This document shows, piece after piece, positions 59,257 to 64,000 of a DNA stretch of 64,000 bases. The position numbers and the translations under genes were made by a program. Under the pieces are notes generated by a model. It was not told the origin of the DNA. It saw only the letters and a list, made by a program, of their open reading frames with translations, and searched no databases. This DNA is from Octopus vulgaris (taxonomy: Eukaryota): positions 50,282,001 to 50,346,000 of the forward strand of contig OX597816.1 of NCBI GenBank assembly GCA_951406725.2, read 5' to 3'. Position 1 is the stretch's first letter. Each line of letters opens with the position of its first letter.

Positions 59257-59849
59257 ACACACAAACGCAAATATATTTAATATACGGATCGGTATTGAAA
59301 TACTACTTGCTATATACAGAGCTGTAGCTCTACACCACAATTTACACTATGTAAAATTGTCTAGAGTTGCTAGCCACTCTATTAACATTAATATTTTTAA
59401 CGTTGGTGAAACTTGTTTAAATTAATATATATATACATACGTACCTTCCATATATACTTACATGTATTTACGTATTACGTACGTTCACACATATATACAT
59501 GCCCGTATACATGCATTCAAATACATATACATGCATATTTATATATTTATATAAGCAATCACACACACTGAAATTTTGTCGTGGTATATGTTTGGCTGAT
59601 GAAGATAGATCAAGTTTATGGGTGCAGACATATCTTGAAAAATCTGAAACCTGCGCAGGTCCCACATTATCCTTTTCCAGGTATTTCATCTTTCAGATGT
59701 TCTCCCTGGAGGTAAGACAATGTTTTCTAGTTTGTTACACACACGCAGTTTTGCTAGTACATACGCGGTGAAGCTATACATTAGCGTCGTATTATTACGT
59801 TCGCTATTTCCAGTAAATATCGGTACTTCGTTGTGCCATATATTTACTT

Positions 59850-59918
<69 letters not shown>

Positions 59919-60000
59919 ACAATTGCAGCGTGGGAGGTGTTTATAAGCCATTTAAGAAACACACAAAAGCCGTTCGATTCACTCCAACATTTAAGTTTAA

Positions 60001-60050
60001 TTTGTCAAAATATTTTCGTCGCTAAAATCCGCTACCTGTTCACTGACAAA
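60001..60050 (-). ncRNA. Minimal type-I hammerhead with G3-C8 swapped core
   Basis: TTTGTCA-GTGAACA-G-GTAGC ggatttta GCGAC-GAA-AATATT-T-TGACAAA: perfect 7-bp stem I, 4/5-bp stem II, palindromic stem III. Confidence 0.75.
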
Positions 60051-61036
60051 GTCCGTGCTGCATCTAAGAAAGTAACAGTTAGTTCGTCATATATATGTAT
60101 GTACGTATGTATGTGTGTATGTATGCATACATGTGTGTATGTATGTACGTATTCATGTCCGCACATACGCCTGTGTATGCATGTATGTATGTATGTATGT
60201 ATGTATGTATGTATGTATATATGTATGTGTGTGTATAAGCACGCACATACACTCTATAAAACATAAAGTTATAAACCTGTAGCGATGGATGGATGTAGAG
60301 TGACCACTCATCACAACGCTATCAAATTTCAACTCCCTACGGTCGAGGCTAGAAAGTGAATTTATGACGCTTGCTCACAAGAACTATACCCTAAAATCTA
60401 TTATCAGATTTTTATCTCTATATCACAGAACTAATGTTTTACTATTGTTCGTATGTATGTATGTACGTGCGTATGTATGTATGTATGTATGTATGTATGT
60501 ATGTATGTATGTATGTATGTATGTATGTACATACGTACGCATGTGCGTATGTATGTATACGCGCCTGTATGCATGTGCCCATGTATGTGCGTGTGTACAT
60601 GTACGTGCGTATGTACGTGTGTATGCCCATACGTAGGTATGTATGTATGTTTGTATTCATGTGCTACGTATGTATGTGAGTGTCTAGGAGAATGGGCAGA
60701 TGTGTCCGTGAGAGTGTGTACATGTGTATGTGTATGTGAACGTATGTCCGTGTACTGGCATGTGTCCGTCCAAGTTGTGTACATGACTGTTACTTAGCTG
60801 AAGGTTGTATACATATTTACATATATGTTTGTATAGACGCACACATATATATATATATGTGTGTGTGGGTGTGTGTTTGTTCATCTCATCATCGTCTAAC
60901 CGTGAATGGGTACAACGCCTAGGTGCAACTGTTCGTATCAAACAACGTCTGCTCATACCGTTGTATATAACTGCACATACGCATTGCAACCTGTATGTAA
61001 GGACTACAGGTGAAAGGGAGAGAGAGAGAGGGGTGG

Positions 61037-62286
61037 TTATAGAATAGTCCTTCTGAATGGGATCTGGATGTTATTCCATTCGGACTTTCGGTTGAGAGTA
61101 GGTTTGTATTCTTGTATACAAACAGCTTCTGTGACCTGTCTCAACATTGCATCGGTGGGATGTGTAGATAGGATGTTCAACTTAAGCTCCCTAAGGATCC
61201 CTTGTGGCAGTCTACAGCATGTTGGTAGAAGGTGGAGTTTGGCTTCCTTTCAATGTAGTTGTCCAGGTGTTCTTTGAACCTATCATTGATGCTTCTAGAG
61301 GTCTCACCTATGTATGACTCCGGGTTAGCCGCGCAAGCTCCCTCCTGGCACTTAATCTGGTATACAGTGCCCTTCGTTTTACAATTTACGTGTGGATTTG
61401 TCGAACACACTGCACAATTACTCTGACAGGTGATTCTATCAATTGGATATGATCTGCATAATGCCGATTTGATAGTCCTACCTGTCTTTTCTACAACTTT
61501 AACTTTTAGGCCCGTAGTGCGCAGGACTTTCTTGAATGCCTTACTTAGCTCGTTCATAGGTGTGGCGTCAACGAACATCACTCCGTGAAATCTCCTGTTA
61601 TCGTACCAAGTAACGTTTCTCATCTTCTTGTTGGTGTCCCTCTCTAACCTATTCCAGAACTTGTTGCGGTACAGGGGGCATATACCGTTTTCGTCGTTCC
61701 CTAGAATGCGTTCGAATCTAGCTTTCGCTCCTTTGTACACCCTGACTCTATCGTCTTGTGTGTATCCGGAACGTTGCATTCGGAATATGTAGTGCTGGAT
61801 GTGTTGTTGTCGTTCTTGTGGTTGGCATAGTGGTGATACATTCCTCATTACTCTAACTAAGTCTGCCACTAGGATGTTGAGTTTGGCAGTATCCGACATA
61901 GCTGAGTCACTACGGATTACTAGTGGATTAGCCATCGGTTTCTGATAGTGTGAGTGGAGTATACATGGTTTAATGGTACCATTAACCATAGCGTCTTCCA
62001 TCCATAGCTCAGTATCTAGGACGGGTAATCGTTTACTGGGGTGTCTAGAGGGGTAGTCTATGGTAAGTTTTATACTGCTGTGGATAGAGTCAGCTATGTG
62101 TTGTATAGATGTCATCACCTGTTCTTCACTTGGTAGAGGGCCCATAACTGTGCCTGTATTACATTTCACAACAAGGTTAATGTCGTCGACATAACGAGAG
62201 TACATAGCCAAGTGGATGTTACGGTTTGCTAGGCACTGTTTAAAACGCTTGTCCCACCATACCATGAAGAGGTTAGCAACGTCACC
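61037..62286 (-). pseudogene. Penelope-like RT (C-terminal half), Cys-rich linker and GIY-YIG endonuclease; one frameshift
   Basis: YSRYVDDI, LPVLD, HYQKPM, MQRSGY, CQSNCAVC..C, GTVYQIKC..C..YIGETSR..RFKEH..QH..H. After a frameshift at ~61198 it continues ILRELKLNIL..LRQVTEAVCIQEYKPTLNRKSEW..IL to a stop at 61037. Confidence 0.93.
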
Positions 62287-63791
62287 GACGTTGCTAACGA
62301 TATATATATATATCGGATCCGTTACATATCTACATATACACATTTACGTACAGGACATATACAAGCAACCGACACACACAAACATATATTCATTTGTATA
62401 TGTATAGATTTGTCTATCTATCTACCTATCTATCTCCCTTTCTTTCTACCGATATAAGTGTGTGTGATTGCTTATATAAATATATAAATATGCATGTATA
62501 TATATTTGAATGCATGTATACGGGCATGTATATATATATATGTATGTATGAACGTACGTAATACGTAAATACATGTATGTATATATGAACGTACGTATGT
62601 ATGTATATATAATCATTTCCATAAATTCATATATGTTTGAGACGTACTTATAGAATATTTTGCTCAACCGTGGCCAGCGTCGCGCATGACCAGCTAGTGG
62701 CCTTTTGCTGAACTATTACATGTGTAATTTTAGAGTCAGCCGAGATTTCTTGACCGTCAGTATCACTCTATCTTGCAATGACAAATCTCTTCCCGAGGGA
62801 AGGTTATTGACGAAACTTCATTGACGCATGGATTTAGAACATTTAAAAACTGCGCTGGGAAATGTAAATGATCGAATGGTGACCCATTCCACTTCAGTAT
62901 AATTCTCTCTCTTTATACAAAATTCTAACTGTTTATACAAAAGACTAATGGTTCCTTTCAACAGAACTTTTCCATAAAATTATGTCATTATTTCCAATCA
63001 TTATATTCCATAAATCTACAAAGCAATAACCATTAAACCATTTTCACTCATGTAAGCACACACTTCACATATATGATCCCATATACACAGTATATAATCT
63101 AATTACATTGTTTACATTGATCGTTAACAAATTTGAAAATAATTATAAATTTTATAACTATATTAATAAATTATGATGTCTTAATTTAAAATATTAAATC
63201 ATGGATATACCCACATATCGCTTTACCAGTTCGGAAATGGCTGAAAGAAAGGGGTGTTTTTGGAACAACATCGTGCATTATGCCTCTTTTAATGAGGCAT
63301 ACTTCATATGAAAGTCCTTACGAGGTAAAGAAAAAATTTCGTATTATATCATAACATTGTGTATGTATGAGTATGTGTGTGTATGTGTGTGTGTGTGTGT
63401 GTATGTCTGTGTGCGTGTGTGACCATGCGAATGTCTGTAAACACACAGAAGCACACACAGATATATACATGCACATATGGTTATATAAATCAACATTTGA
63501 ATCATTTCAAATAGGTTTCGAAATATTTCTACAATATTTTGCCGAGGTCGGTCTGTCGACGAGTGTAATCAGCTTAACTGCTGAATCTGAAGTTTCATAT
63601 GGAAACAAAAATTTTGTAAGTTATTCCAAGGTCGTCTGCATTGCCGTAAACAATGTTGGTGATAGCCAACAACTTAGAAATGTGGTTATCGACATCCTAT
63701 ATATGTATATATTTAGGAATGTATGTTTGTATATATGCATGTATGTATGTATGCTCTGTGAAGTCCATGCATGTTTGTATGTATTGTTATG

Positions 63792-63831
<40 letters not shown>

Positions 63832-64000
63832 ATGGAGAAGAATATATGCAAGAAAGTAGTGAAAACAGAAGCATAAACCTCAAAAAAGAAAGACTAAAAT
63901 GAACCGCAACAAATCACCTCAATCAATCCATACGTGTGTTATAAATATCACCTGTAAAATACATTGCTGATGGTAGTGGTGTTTGAATATGTGATATCTG

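Larger units (their letters stand above)
59919..62298 (-). mobile_element. 5'-truncated Penelope-like retroelement: RT-GIY-YIG ORF, repeat-rich 3' UTR and putative pLTR with HHR
   Basis: ORF motifs listed in the pseudogene entry; same-strand HHR ~1 kb downstream; both ends abut (TA)n. That 59919-61036 belongs to the same element is inferred. Confidence 0.75.

Noticed and set aside
61177-61179. TGA ending the PLE ORF as a possible selenocysteine codon (as in Naiad PLEs)
   Set aside because: The conserved C-terminus lies in a different frame, so this is a frameshift; the endonuclease here is also C-terminal.
62299-62343. N-terminal MCICRYVTDPIYIYI of the 388-aa ORF
   Set aside because: It is flanking microsatellite-like DNA beyond the truncation point, not a real start.
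62668-62698. Helitron-like 3' end (GC-rich stretch plus CTAG-T)
   Set aside because: The hairpin is poor and no matching 5' end or coding remnant was found.

Overview
AT-rich, microsatellite-saturated eukaryotic DNA. The SINE families present (tRNA-headed CORE-like and Meta-domain SINEs) point to a cephalopod, probably Octopus; this is my recognition, not a database result. I find no host protein-coding gene; nearly all listed ORFs are (TA)n/(CA)n/(ATT)n artefacts. The window is a transposon graveyard: about 15 SINEs, RTE, CR1-like and R4/Dong-like LINE fragments, three Tc1/mariner relics, two Helitron relics and a MITE. The main signal is a Penelope-like element (PLE) ecosystem. It includes a 5'-truncated RT + GIY-YIG PLE with a single frameshift (59919-62298, minus strand) and at least eight minimal type-I hammerhead ribozyme (HHR) motifs in about five families of short repeats. 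These comprise a G3-C8 swapped core downstream of the PLE ORF, a recurrent A6U core, a ~360-nt retrozyme-like tandem family (3 relatives) and a tRNA/Pol III-headed HHR element. Several of them share fold-back (inverted) 5' junctions and lie in or next to (TA)n tracts. All structures were read by eye; ribozyme activity is untested.
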